Of a stretch of 63,928 bases of DNA, positions 26,301 to 39,000 are shown piece by piece. How positions within the stretch are numbered: position 1 is the first letter of the stretch; each line of letters begins with the position of its first letter. Made by a program: the position numbers and the translations under genes. The notes under the pieces are model-generated. The model made no database searches, was not told where the DNA came from, and saw only the letters and a list, made by a program, of their open reading frames with translations. The DNA is from Nemertoderma westbladi. Lineage: Eukaryota; Animalia; Xenacoelomorpha. The stretch is from positions 1 through 63,928 of the forward strand of contig JAUCBJ010009159.1 of NCBI GenBank assembly GCA_032718475.1, in the 5' to 3' direction.

Positions 26301-27553
26301 GCTAGCTACAGTATTATAACTCGAGAAATAAAAGATATGTCGTGAGGCCATTTTCACCTGCCTATGACATTGTCATTAATCTAACATTAACATTTATTTG
26401 TCTAAAAAGGTTAAGCCTCTTAAGCAAAAAAAATTTGGCATAGAAACCCATAATTTCAATTCTCTTTCAATTTGTTTGAAATATGATTGTAGAAATATTT
26501 TGTCAAATTTTTCATGAAAATCTTAAGAGACACGAACAAAGATAAAATAAATCATACAGCCAGCTATAAAGTCTATCTATTACCTGATTGCTTATGGCTG
26601 CATGTTTTATTTTACCATTTAATTTTCAGTGATCCATGCTTTGAGGGGCCAAGTTTTGTGTGTATATGATTTTGAAGGGATATGAGTGGAGCAAATGTTG
26701 GTGAGATTATCGTAAAAACAGTCAAACTTTGAGATGATGGCTATTGATTTATCGGTGTAGGACCAGTTGGAGGGTTTATTAATGTCACGAAAGAAAGAAG
26801 ATTTCCCCCCCCCCCCCCCCCCTCAGCTTCCAACTTATTTATCCAATAAGATGCGAACGATTCCCAGATACTATGCTTCTATATATAGGGACATTTACAT
26901 TGTGAACTTTAGCTGCTGTCATATATTAATGAGGCCTATGTGCGTTGGTTATTATTGGTTAATTTAACCTGCATTTCAGACATTTCTGCTGTGTATAATC
27001 TGCAAAAAATTATAACTACAATACAAAGAAATTAAAGCTGTCAATTAAGTGAAAATAGCAATTGTTTGTTTACGTCTTAATTTACTAAAGTGAATTTAAT
27101 TTATTTGATAAATAAATGAAAGATATTAAAATATAAAAAAGAAATATCTACAGTGTTCACTGAATAGTGTTTAAATAGAACCGTCACCGAATATTCTAAA
27201 AACGCGGAAATCGGAGTGGAGAGGAAGCGAGCAGAGTGGAGTAGGGGGGGCGGGCCGTACCTGAAATCGCGAAGGGCCTGAGCGCGTGGGCGCGAGGATT
27301 GATTCAAGGTAAGAACCCGGGCCTTAAATGTGCAGGAAATTACCACGGACAATACCTTGGGTACTAGTGAACGGAAAGTGAAGTACCGGCGCAGCGGTAA
27401 GTCTCGTTTGCCTGACGTGATATTCGGGCTCGGTTCATCCGTCTTCTTAAATCTTCAGCTCAGCAGCTCTCTTCATTTTTTTTTTTCGTTATTCTATAAC
27501 ATTCTATTCCCATATTAGTAATATGACCAAACCACAGTTAATACTAATAAATT
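23339..27553 (+). repeat. Second copy of 15626-19841 (contains BEL LTR segment 25637-26126 on -)
   Basis: Near-identical sequence ending at the gap. Confidence 0.95.
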
Positions 27554-27653
27554 NNNNNNNNNNNNNNNNNNNNNNNNNNNNNNNNNNNNNNNNNNNNNNN
27601 NNNNNNNNNNNNNNNNNNNNNNNNNNNNNNNNNNNNNNNNNNNNNNNNNNNNN
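27554..27653. other. Assembly gap (100 N)
   Basis: Run of N. Confidence 1.
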
Positions 27654-28680
27654 GAGAAATAGTATGGGAGAGAGGACCGATCCCTGGGGGACACCACAAA
27701 TGATAGGTAATAAAGTTGAATTAATGCCGTCAATGGAGACAAATTGTTTGCGATTATAGAGGAAACTAGAAATAAGTTGAAGGGGTAGGCCTCTGATACC
27801 ATAGGTCTCAAGCTTATTAATAAGGATTTTGTGGTCTATGGTATCAAAGGCCTTTTTAAGGTCAATGTATAAGGCGCATGTTGAATGATGGCAATCAAAC
27901 ATAGAGTTAATTTTTTCCGTTATAGATAGTAGTGCGTGAGAGGTGGTTGTTTTTGGTCCAAAGCCGTATTGGGATTCTGTAATTGCATGGAGTATTTGTT
28001 TAAGTAGGATTGTAATTGTTCATTAATTAATTGTTCTAGAATTTTGCTTAGTACTGGTAGTAATGATATAGGACGGTAGTTCACTCTAGTATTTGAAATA
28101 TGGCGTCGGGGGGATTGGGGTGTGCAAGTCGGTAAGGTACTTTGGAGTTAAGTTCCAATGGTTGAAAAGTGTTCGTTGAATATTTCTGTAATTTGAGTTG
28201 GGTCTGATACAATTTGTGCGGAGGTATTCATTTTTATAATAAGTATTTTGGGTGATGATTTAGAAGTTGTTTTGTGGAGTACAGTATTAATTATCGACCA
28301 AGTTTTGCGGGAATTTGTAATGTTGTTATCAAATTGTTGCAAATAATATTTTTTTTCGGCAATTTTTAAGGTTTTTGTGCGATGATTACGATAGTCGGTA
28401 AAACATTTACGGTTGGTTTCTGTTCGGTTTTTTAAATAGTTCCTGTATAATTTGTCTTTAGTTCTGATTGATTTGAGTAGACTTTCAGTGATCCATGCTT
28501 TGAGGGGCCGAGTTTTGTGTGTAAATGATTTTGAAGGGATATGAGAGGAGCAAATGTTGGTGAGATTATCGTAAAAACAGTCAAACTTTGAGATGATGGC
28601 TATTGATTTATCGGTGTAGGACCAGTTGGAGGGTTTATTAATGTCACGAAAGAAAGAAGATTCGTCAAGTTTTGAATAGA
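27654..28680 (-). pseudogene. Degenerate L2/CR1-type LINE ORF2 fragment
   Basis: IDLKKAFDTIDH..GVPQGSVLSPILF; NSRKTWSIINTVL..EIFNEHFSTIG. Confidence 0.9.
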
Positions 28681-30404
28681 TTTCGAAGTTGTTTTGTGGA
28701 GTAAATTGTTACGTAAATAATAAGTAATAATTATTAAATTCTCTACTCCCCCCCCCCCCCCCCCCCCCCACTCAGCTTCAAACTTATTTATCCAATAAGA
28801 TGCGAACGATTCCCAGATACAATGCTTCTTATATATAGGGACATTTACATTGTGAACTTTAGCTGCTGTCATATGCGTGCGTTGGTTATTATTGGTTCAT
28901 TTAACCTGCATTTCAGACATTTCTGGTGTGTATAATCTGCAAAAAATTGTAACTACAATACAAAGAAATTAAAGCTGTCAATTAAGTGAAAATAGCAATT
29001 ATTTGTTTACGTCTTAATTTACTAAGGTGAATTTAATTTAATTGATAAATAAATGAAAAATATTAAAATATAAAAAAGAAATATCTACAGTGTTCACTGA
29101 ATAGTGTTTAAATAGAACCGTCACCGAATATTCTAAAAACGCGAAAATCGGAGTGAAGAGGAAGCGAGCAGAATGGAGTAGGGGGGGGGGGGCGGGCCGT
29201 ACCTAAAATCGCGAAGGGCCAGAGCGTGTGGGCGCGAGGATTGATTCAAGGTAAGAACCCGGGCCTTAAATGTGCAGGAAATTACCACGAACAATACCTT
29301 GGGTACTAGTGAACGGAAAGTGAAGTACCGGCGCAGCGGTAAGTCTCGTTTGCCTGACGTGATATTCGGGCTCGGTTCAACCGTTTTCTTAAATCTTCAT
29401 TTTTTTTTCGTTATTCTATAACATTCTATTCCCATATTACTAATATGACCAAACCACAGTTAATACTAATAAATTCACCCATTTTTTATTACAAATATTA
29501 AGATTTTATGTGAATAATACGTACAGAATCCAGAAAAAATCGTACAGAAAAATAATACGTATAGATTAAATTTCCTTCTAAATACACCAATATCATTCTT
29601 ATAACAAAACGTAAAAAATTCAGGGCTGTTTCTTACTTACCTACTAAATAATGGGCAATTACAGATCTGATAGATAAAAAGAACAAAATTGGATGAGGTT
29701 TTCACTATCAGGCAATTCGCCCTCTAGCGGCTGACTGTGGAACTGTAGACGACTCTACTACTCCGCAAAGATATAGCCTATGCTATAGTAGATGCCTACC
29801 AAGTTTCTCTAACTCTAAAACTCACAACAGATGCATTATATATTTTTCTATAAACCTGCGAAAATTTGGAAAGTTTTGATAAAATTATCATTACTTTTTA
29901 GTGTATAATAAACTGTTGGGCATATTATGCCCAACCCCAGCCCAGGTGGAATCTCGGACAAAAGAGCCCAGGTGGAATAGGGATAAGTGTTAAAATATTT
30001 AATTGTTTGTAAATGGGAATTGATGACGATCTGTAGTGTGAAAATGTAATACAGCTTAAAAGTTTATTTATTTTTGTACGTAGTGGTTTCAGTGTGTGGT
30101 GGACTGTGTGCTACCCCATACCAGGATCCCATAATTAACGTAGGGATGGATCAGTGAAAAGTAGAGGGTTCTGAGTATATGTATAGGAAATATGTGCCTA
30201 AGTTTATAGAAAATACCGCTGGATTTATAAATTTTTTTTTTGAGTACCTGATTTATATGTGTTTTCCACTTTAGTTTTGAATCTATCCAAATGCCAAGTA
30301 ATTTTGTGTTGTCTGTCTGTTTGATATCGGTGTTATTAATTTTAAGTTGTAATCTGTTGTTACCGTTGTTATCTGATATTCCTTGGCTCTCACCTAGGAA
30401 ATAT

Positions 30405-30584
30405 TACTACTGATATCGGCGTGCTGCATTGCAGCTGCATTATATATATTACATATATATTAAGTATGATGTGCCAGCTTGTCGACAAAATTTAGCCGCC
30501 TCAACTCTCTATCACCCATGACATTTGCAGATCATCTTTAACACCAGTGTCCTTCATGATGGTCTCAAGAAAGTCATGGGCTGT
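30405..30584 (-). mobile_element. 3' fragment of the same RTE family as 20235-20860
   Basis: ATCGGC(A/G)TGCTGCATTGCAGCTGCATT...TATCACCCATGACATTTGC is shared. Confidence 0.8.
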
Positions 30585-33009
30585 GACGGGATCTACGGAT
30601 CCCGGTTTATCCGTTTGGGTTTTCTATCTACGCGTCCCCGCCGTGTATATGAAAAGGTTCGTTAAGAGTCCTGATGTTTGGTAATATGTATAAAGGTATA
30701 ATATAGTTGATATAGCACAGTTGAATGGATGACACGGTTACCGGTAGATAAGTATTACATGTGATGGCGGTAGCGGACGGTGATAGAAGTCACCGTTCCA
30801 CCCTACTGGACTGACTGAGTAAACTGAATGAATGTTGCATCGACCGGTAATATATATTGTACGGTTTGGCCTTGTTACAGTTCCTAGTCGATGCTTCCCC
30901 CCTGATTGGCTAATATCCTTGTTGGCACCCTTTGGAGTGTTTCCCTTCACTCCTTCTGTTCTCTCTCTGTTAGGGGTTTGGCCCCTGACCCTTATTGTGT
31001 GTTTCTCCTTCCCACTTTGTTGGGGTGACACGAGGTTGATATTGGTAATCAACCTCGTGCTCCCAATATTGCTTAACGGCTTGCTCTATGGGTTTGTGTT
31101 AGCGGAATTGAATACGCTAACACTCCCCCCCATGCTATCTTCCCGGTGAGAAGATAGCATCCAACTCAAGTGCGCTACAATTCCGCTGGATCCCGATCTA
31201 GTATCGGGTGTGGGGTGGGTCTATTTTCTTTCGGAGCCGGCTTTCCAGGCCGCTCCCTATGGGTATGATAATGCTACCCTGTTCGTCTGGCGTCCCATGT
31301 CGGGCCGATCGTCGGGGCAATCCCCCCCCCCCCCCCCCCCCCCCCTCTTCACATAATGTTAATATGGTTATGTGGTCCACCCTTCGAGATAGAAAACCTT
31401 ATGGCATGCTTCTCATTACATCTGCACCAAGTATTCTTATTTTTTTACAATGATGCGAATATGCGTTTTGCTCAAACATGCTGTATGTGCATTTTATTTA
31501 CCTACATATGTTATCTTTGTCTGATGCGTTTTGCCCAAATATATGTGCACTTTATTTACCTATGTTATCTTTATCCTATTGCCAATGATAAACCGTGCGT
31601 ACCCACTTATATATGTATATGTATTCCGTATATATATATTTTATCTAATATAATACCGGCTCGTCCGGGTGTTTTATGAAATGAAAAAAAAGTAGGCTTA
31701 TCTGGCTGTCAGGCAATTAATTGTAAATGCCACCTATTGTTTACATGGTAACCAGTGGCGCCGTAACTTTACAGCTCGCCGTCATTGGTTATACATAAAC
31801 AAGGGACATTACAACACCAATACAATACTAAATGTACTACAGGCCAATACAATGCTGTAATGTCATCTAAAGTTGTAAAGTGCTAAATAACAACTCACTG
31901 TTAATACTAATGACGTTGAGTAATGTTACAATTTTGGAAAAAATGCTGTTTATGTGTGTATGTTTGGTTGGTAGCCTAGCAACCAACCTATCAGGTGGTG
32001 ATAGTCTAACTGTTTGGTGGGGGGATATTTTTCTATATATTTATACCAATATTGTATGTTTTACATGTTAAAAAAACTTCGAATAAAAAGAAACACCATC
32101 TAATTCATATATATATATCGTTGCTTTAAGACATGCTGTATTAGCTGGTGAAGTTTTGAATATTTTATCCAATGGGAAGTGATGATTATTACGTGGTAAA
32201 GTGAAATCCGACATTCCTATTGGGCAATATATTACTGCAGAAACGCCATCATATATCTTTCGATATCTTTTGTAGGCTCTTTGAATTGGGCCTTATCCTT
32301 ATGACACTTAAGCTACGATATTCAATATAAACAAACATATACAAACATAATATAATATGTCTTACCTGTGGACAATGAGGCGCCCAATCCGCTGTCCTGG
32401 GTGTCTGTATGCACCAACGGATATTTCTTGCTTTCAGATTGGTCAGAGTTACATCCCACAGTGAGGATACTGTCCAATGGGAATGAGTTACCACTGACAG
32501 CTAAGGGTTGCATAGTACTGGTTTGGGTATGACTGTTGCGTAGGTTGAGGTAAGATTGTTGTATTTATTATAGGTGAAAGTTGATTGCTCTTTGTTTTCA
32601 ACTATAAAAAATGTATAATGAAAGTTTGACTTCTTAGTTAATTATAATTTTATCAGTTAGCCAGAAACATATTTCACACGATGTTTAACTTGACTTCCTA
32701 CCGTAACATTTATGCAATTTTATTTAATATATATACTGTACGGTATATTGGCGAATTTTTCACAATTTGCGATACATTAACATTACGCATAAATTCGTTG
32801 ATTCTCGCCTATTCTTGCCATAATTAGGCCTATTTACTTATTTTACTTTTATATATCTATCTATCTATCTATATATCCTATAAAATAGATATGTAACCGA
32901 TTAATATTACAACTAATTGTTTTTTTAAAGAAAGATACGCCCCGTGCGGGAAAAATATATTAGCTCATTTGTCAGGGTAGAATCAACAGTGAATATATGG
33001 AATAAATGT

Positions 33010-33225
33010 ACATACATTGTGTTTCTTGTGATGACGTGACGGTTTTTCTGTCCGGTTCTTCTCCATGCGGTGTTTAAAACGCAGGGCCATTAAGAAAACC
33101 TTCAGCAATGAAAGCGTTCTGGCGTTCGGTTCTGAAGGCTTTGTATTGTGAAATGGAATCGGAGTTGAACGAGTTCGGGAATTTAAGTAGAGTAGTCTCA
33201 GTGAGGGTTTTCTTGCCGACAAGGT
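33010..33225 (-). pseudogene. Fragment of a LINE related to 33376-34640, opposite orientation
   Basis: LLKFPNSFNSDSISQYKAFRTERQNAF..GPAF aligns with VLKFPGIFNSAILEQYNTFRTDRNANF..GPAF. Confidence 0.8.
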
Positions 33226-33375
33226 TGTGAGCTAGTATTACAACTATGTAATTATAACTCAGATATAATTAAGATATAATTATAAATTAAGATATAAGGC
33301 CTACCGTTTATTATTCACTTCTTAGTCCTACTTTATAACACGTGTCTCAATCTAGGCTGAATCCCAGAAGTTAGG

Positions 33376-34640
33376 ATGTCCATTTTCATCAAGGTTCTAT
33401 ACAAAGGAAAGGGTAAAATTACCAATCCAGATAATTACCGCGGCATAGCGCTTCTCAGCGTCATTCTCAAGATATTTACCTTCATTATAAACAAGCGTTT
33501 ACTACTCAGACTCTTATATCGTTTACCACTAGAACAATTTGGGTTTACCCCGGGCAAATCTACAACTGACGCAATTAAACTCCTCCTTTCCGAGATCTCG
33601 TCACTAGTTGCCTCTGAGGGACGAGTCTATGTGGCTTTCGTAGACTTTCGGAAGGCCTTCGACTCCACCAGCCGAAATATTTTCTTCCATAAACTCTACC
33701 ACGATTTTGGTGTCAAAGGGAAACTATACAACATCATCAAATCAATACTGAAAGTAAATTTCATACAAATCTATGATGGGTTACGTCTATCAAATGCAAT
33801 CCGACAAATACTCGGTTTCTTACAAGGCGATTGCCTTTCTCCGACGAATTTCATCCTGTACATTGCCGACCTCGTATCTGCCCTGCGGCGCGCAATCCAG
33901 TTTCTGAAATGTATATTTTACGCCGATGATCTTGCTTTTTACTCTACCAACCCTAGGGATATTCAAGACGGTCTTAACAACCTTTACAAATGGTGCTGTG
34001 AAAACTCTCTACAAGTTAACCTAATAAAAACAAAGATTGTTAAGTTTAGGAAGGGTGGCCGGCTTGCTCTGTATGACAAATTATTTTACAATGGGGAGGC
34101 TGTAACAATCTGTGACCATTACGAGTATCTGGGACTCACCCTACAACCAACTTTGACGTTCACAAAGCACATTAAAGCAAAAAAGGAAAAGGCATATTCC
34201 GCCATTGGCTCTCTTAAAAACCTGCATCTAGTTTCTGTACAAACCGGAATGAAAATATTTCAAATGAAGATTTTCCCAATGACAACGTACGCAATATCCG
34301 AGTTTGGTCCCCTGCTTACACTGCCCCAACTAAAGGAAATCGACAAAATAAAATCTACATTTATAAAACGGTTACTCGGCCTACACATCTCCTCATCCTC
34401 CACGCTCGCTTTGAAATTAATCAACGAAGAAACCTTAACTAATGACATTGTTCTTAAATTCCCAGGCATATTTAACTCAGCAATTCTAGAACAGTACAAC
34501 ACTTTCAGAACCGATCGCAATGCAAATTTCAATGCAGAACAATACCAGCTGGGCCCTGCGTTCCAATCATCTAGCTGGAAACGCAGCGGCCAACGACACC
34601 GTCACCTAGCAACAAGAACCACATCACACGGGTTTCATTT
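33376..34640 (+). pseudogene. Non-LTR (LINE) reverse transcriptase, 5'-truncated, interrupted at 34641
   Basis: NYRGIALL, QFGF, FVDFRKAFDS, LQGDCLSP, YADD and YLG motifs. The ORF tail after 34640 is read-through into a TIR. Confidence 0.95.
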
Positions 34641-36013
34641 CGTCACCTTCAAGGCAGAACCCCCTAAGTCGATTTTTTTCGATTTTCATGTTTTTGACTT
34701 TTTGGGTAATTCGATATCGGCTTTTTCGTCTGGCAGAACCCCGAAGCTTTTCTACCAGCCATTTTTTAGTTATAAGCCAAAGACAGTTCCCCGTAACTTA
34801 TGCCCACTTCGAGGCAGAACCCCACAAGTCAATAATTGGCTTGCAAAACACCGTAAATTCAAGTATATGGAATTCAGTCCACCTGGCAAAACCCCTTAAA
34901 TCAGAAATAACAACCTGTAAAACCCCTTAAATCAGAAACAATAAATAGCCTGGCAAAACCCCGTAATTTATCATTTATATTATACTGGTTTGTATTGCGG
35001 CCAGGACAGAGATATTAATGAGTTACACAACCATTATTGAGGGACGCAAACATTAATGAGGGACACAAAACATTAATAGGGGTCAATGGTTGCCAATGGA
35101 TATTAATATGAGCGATGGTGTGGTGATGCTTGCCATCAGACGATCAGATATTAAGGGATTAACTGGAAAAAATACTACCATGGGAACGTGAGCTTCGATC
35201 AAAGTACCGCCGTTTTGTATACATTCCATCGTCCTAATTAGATGGAAATAAATTGAAAGCGACGTTCGGTTACGTTGTTCAGCTGCCTGTTTTGCTGCTA
35301 CCCCCCCCCCCCCCCCCGCCTGTTATACCCCCATATTTTCAATTTACCTCCTACCGCCACCATTCATGTTACCCCCCCCCCCCCCCCCCCCATTCCTGTC
35401 TCCCCCTCATGTTCATCATTTTTTACCCCTACTCCTTCCCTTTTTAGTAACAACATCGTTTATTGTTTTGGTTAGAAAAACCATCTCTGTAACCTGATCC
35501 TTTCCTTCAATTTACAATAACATAGTTTATTGGTTTGGTCAGATTAATATGTTATTATTTATTGTTGTTATTTTATTGCTTGACAGTAATGATAATTGTA
35601 ATACTGTAATATATTGTATGTGTATGGGTGGTAACAGGAATCATACTAAGTGCCATGGGGGGTAACATGAATCATACTAAGTGCGAATGGCGATAGTTAA
35701 TTATTATACTTTATTAATTTATTTTAATTAATTTATTAATTAATTAATTATAATTAATGATTAATGTTTGTGCCCTTGATTGATATCTGTCCCTCGTTTA
35801 TTGTTTGTGTCCCTCATTAATGTTTGTGTCCCTCATTAATGTTAGTGCCCTTGATTGATATGATCGATTGTGTCCCTCGTTTTTTTAGGCATTGCACTCC
35901 TTGCACAATTTTTTTTTTAAATTGGAGAATTTCTTTATTTCAATTACAAATAAAATAAACATTAACAAACAAGCAGCATAATGAATTAATTAATGTCAAC
36001 AAATTGTAGGTAA

Positions 36014-39000
36014 TTAATAATTATTGTTGAAACTATTTAATGCAATCCCAGCCTCGGCTACAGCCGCGCTCACGCCGGTCTCCCGCATCGTCTGTCTCGT
36101 TGCCAGCCTAGCCTTCGGCTTCCGTGCGCCCCGGAGGCACATGATGGAGGAACGGAGGAGGGCGAAACTCAACCGAGTCCTGATGAGGGAGAGAGTCTGC
36201 GAGTAGGGAGCATCCCGTTTCGCCGACAGTAAGAGCGCAATGCGTGTGAGGAGCGCGTGGGCTGAGCGGCTGGCCCCACCAGTTGTAGCAATTACAAAAG
36301 GCGAGAAGCCGGCGTGCTCGATGTCATTGATTCTCTCCTCGTACTTCCTCCGTTTCTCTCGCTCATGTTTGCTGTAAGCAGCATCCATGGAGCGAGGATT
36401 GGAGGAGCACAGAGGGTTGAATACCTTGACGTCGATATACACCCGCTCGAAGCGCCCACCCCACAGCCCACTCGCCGCAACGTCCAGACGGGCCTCCGGG
36501 TCTACCGTAGCAGATCTCAGGCGGAAAGACTCGCCCTCGATCGGCTGGAGATGGGGTTCCACCTCAACGTCGTGTGCGACCTCGCTGAGGAGCTCGGCGA
36601 GGAAATCGCGGACCTCGTTGTGCCGCAGGATCGGGTAGGCTCCCATAGGGCAGTGAAGGGAGTGGGAGATGGTGAATACAGCACCGCAGGAGCAGTTGGC
36701 GGGCAGCCTCGGGGGCTCCCACCCAAATCGCAGACACAACGCATCCCGGAAAGCGGATTTGTGTAGGGAAAAGTTGTATCTGGAAATGGGTAGGGCCGAG
36801 AGCCATGCTGACGCTCCACGCTCCTTCGCCAGTGTCCGATGGTAGAGGGCGTCTCCGGACAGTTGAGCATCAACCGCCGCACATCGAGTCTTCACAGCCT
36901 CATCCTGCTCCTTGCGGATCTCACGCAGGATGGTCTGCTGTGTTGTACGAGCGGCTGGGTCCGAACACCGTAGGGGCTCGCAGAGTCGCAACGACTTCTC
37001 ATAGCTTTCCACCTCATCCTGAGGTTGATTTATAGCTAGCCCCCCCTCCCTCACAGGGAGTGCCAGCAGCTGTCGTTCCGAAAGGCCGGGTGGGTATCTG
37101 CCAGTGAGTGTCGGGATGACTGTGCTGGAGAGTGTTTCCTCAACTCGATCCAAGTGACCGACTAACCCGGGTGTGGTGCGAGCCAAGAAGTTTACCTTTG
37201 GCTGTAAGCCACGGACCAGGCATCCGTACGCGGGGTGGGGAGCAGTCACTGCGAAATCGTTGAGGTGTTTTAGTTGGCGACAGATGACATCAACTCGCTT
37301 CTCCAGATACCCAGCACAGTAGGATGTGGACCCTATTACGGACCCCAGGACTCGATGACCATCGACCACTTCAACAGGGAGGCCAGAGAAAATCGCGTTG
37401 GCCTCTTCGCGCTTTGAGTTCTTCACAATAAGAAATGCCTTTGTGGGGTAATATCCATAGCCAGGCCCGATGGTAGCCGCTTCCTCCCAATAGTCACGTA
37501 GCATTCCGAGGTTACCAGCAGCGCTGCCATCATCCGCATACCACTTGTGGATACCCGGAAAGGTCATCGGATCCGATGAAACCGCCTCTCGGTCTGGGTA
37601 AACCCCTGGTTGGGTGGAGGAGACCGCCGGTTGTAGGGGGGAAACCGCCGGTTGTGGTTGTAGGGGGGAACCTGCCTGTTGGAGGGGGCAACCCGCCTGT
37701 TGGAGGGGGGAACCCGCCTGTTGGAATTTGGATCCCGCCGTTGGGAGGGGGGAACCCAATGGTTGTTGGGGGGGACCCGCCGGTTGGAGGGGGGAACCCG
37801 AAGGTTGGAGGGGGGAACCCGAAGTTGGAGGGGGGAACCCCCTGGTTGGAGGGGGGAACCCGCCAGTTGGAGGGGGGAAACCACCGGTTGGAGGGGGGAA
37901 CCCTCCGGTTGGAGGGGGGAACCCACCGGTTGGAAGGGGGAACCCGCCTGTTGGAGGGGGGAACCCGAAGGTTGGAGGGGGGAACCCAAAGGTTGGAAGG
38001 GGGAACCCGGAGATTGGAAGGGGGAACCCGATAGTTGGAGGGGGGAACCCAAATGTTGGAGGGGGGAACCCAATAGTTGAAGGAGGGGACCTGATGGTTG
38101 GAGGGGGGGACCCGAGGATTGGAGGGGGGAACCCGATGGTTGGAGGGGTGAACCCACCGGTTGGGGGTGGGGACCCGAAGGTTGGAGGGTGGAACCCGCC
38201 GGTTGGAGCGGGGGACCCGTAGGTTTGATGAGGGAACCCAAAGGTTTGAGGGGGGAGCCCGAAGTTTGGAGGGGGGAACCCAAAGGTTGGAGGGGGGAAC
38301 CCGATGGTTGAAGGGGGGAAACCGCCCATTCGAGGGGGGAGCCCGAAGGTTTGAGGGGGGAATCCGAAGGTTGGAGGGGGGAACCCGAAGGTTTGAGGGG
38401 GGAGCCCGAATGTTGGAGAGGGGAAACCGAGGGTTGGAGGGGGGAACCCACTGGTTGGAGGGGGGAGCCCACCGGTTGGAGGGGGGAGCCCACCGGTTGG
38501 AGGGGGGAGCCCACTGGTTGGCGGGGGGAGCCCACCGGTTGGAGGGGGGAATCCGGAGGTTGGAGGGGGGAAACCGCCGGTTGGATGGGGAAACCCGCCG
38601 GTTTGAGGGGGGGACCCGAAGGTTGGTGGGGGGAACCCAAAGGTTGGACTGGGGGAAGCCACATACGTGTGGCAATTCATAAGAATAGGTTCTAGTTTCT
38701 TAACCATTGGCAATGTGCCGACTGCAAACATCTGCATCGCCAGAGAATCCCCTTGGGTTGACCCCTCTTGCGACCAGATAACGTCATTTCCTACGAAAAG
38801 CGGCGACGGTTCCCGATAGGAATTGGTTAGGATGGTGAAGAGAACTGGACAAAGTACCTGGCAGTTCAGAAGGGTTAAACGGCGATTCAAGGCGTTGAAC
38901 GCATTCTTTGCGTCAATCAAAAGGAGGCCGTCGCATTCAGGCTGTTCAAAGTGTTCCCGTAGGGCATGCACAGCGTGTTCTATACCACCGACTTGCCCCG

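Noticed and set aside
30137-30160. FTDPSLR on - as Glis ZF5
   Set aside because: No Cys/His ligands and an immediate stop.
30582-31353. Solo LTR (TGTGA...TCACA)
   Set aside because: No TSD and no second copy in the window.
32140-32605. Possible 3' exons of the Glis gene (GTAAG donor at ~32365)
   Set aside because: No consistent open frame or recognisable motif; cannot be supported without transcripts.
37560-38667. Minisatellite as a spliceosomal intron (AC|GTATGT donor on -)
   Set aside because: The donor is phase 2, while nearby AG acceptors are phase 0 or 1, so no in-frame splice was found.
37567-38695. Minisatellite as a Helitron (hairpin, then CTAG|T at ~38692-38696)
   Set aside because: Excision from either candidate A|TC start does not restore the RT frame, and the CTAG lies within normal-looking RT codons.
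37530-38695. Many overlapping ORFs on both strands
   Set aside because: By-products of a stop-free 21-bp repeat.
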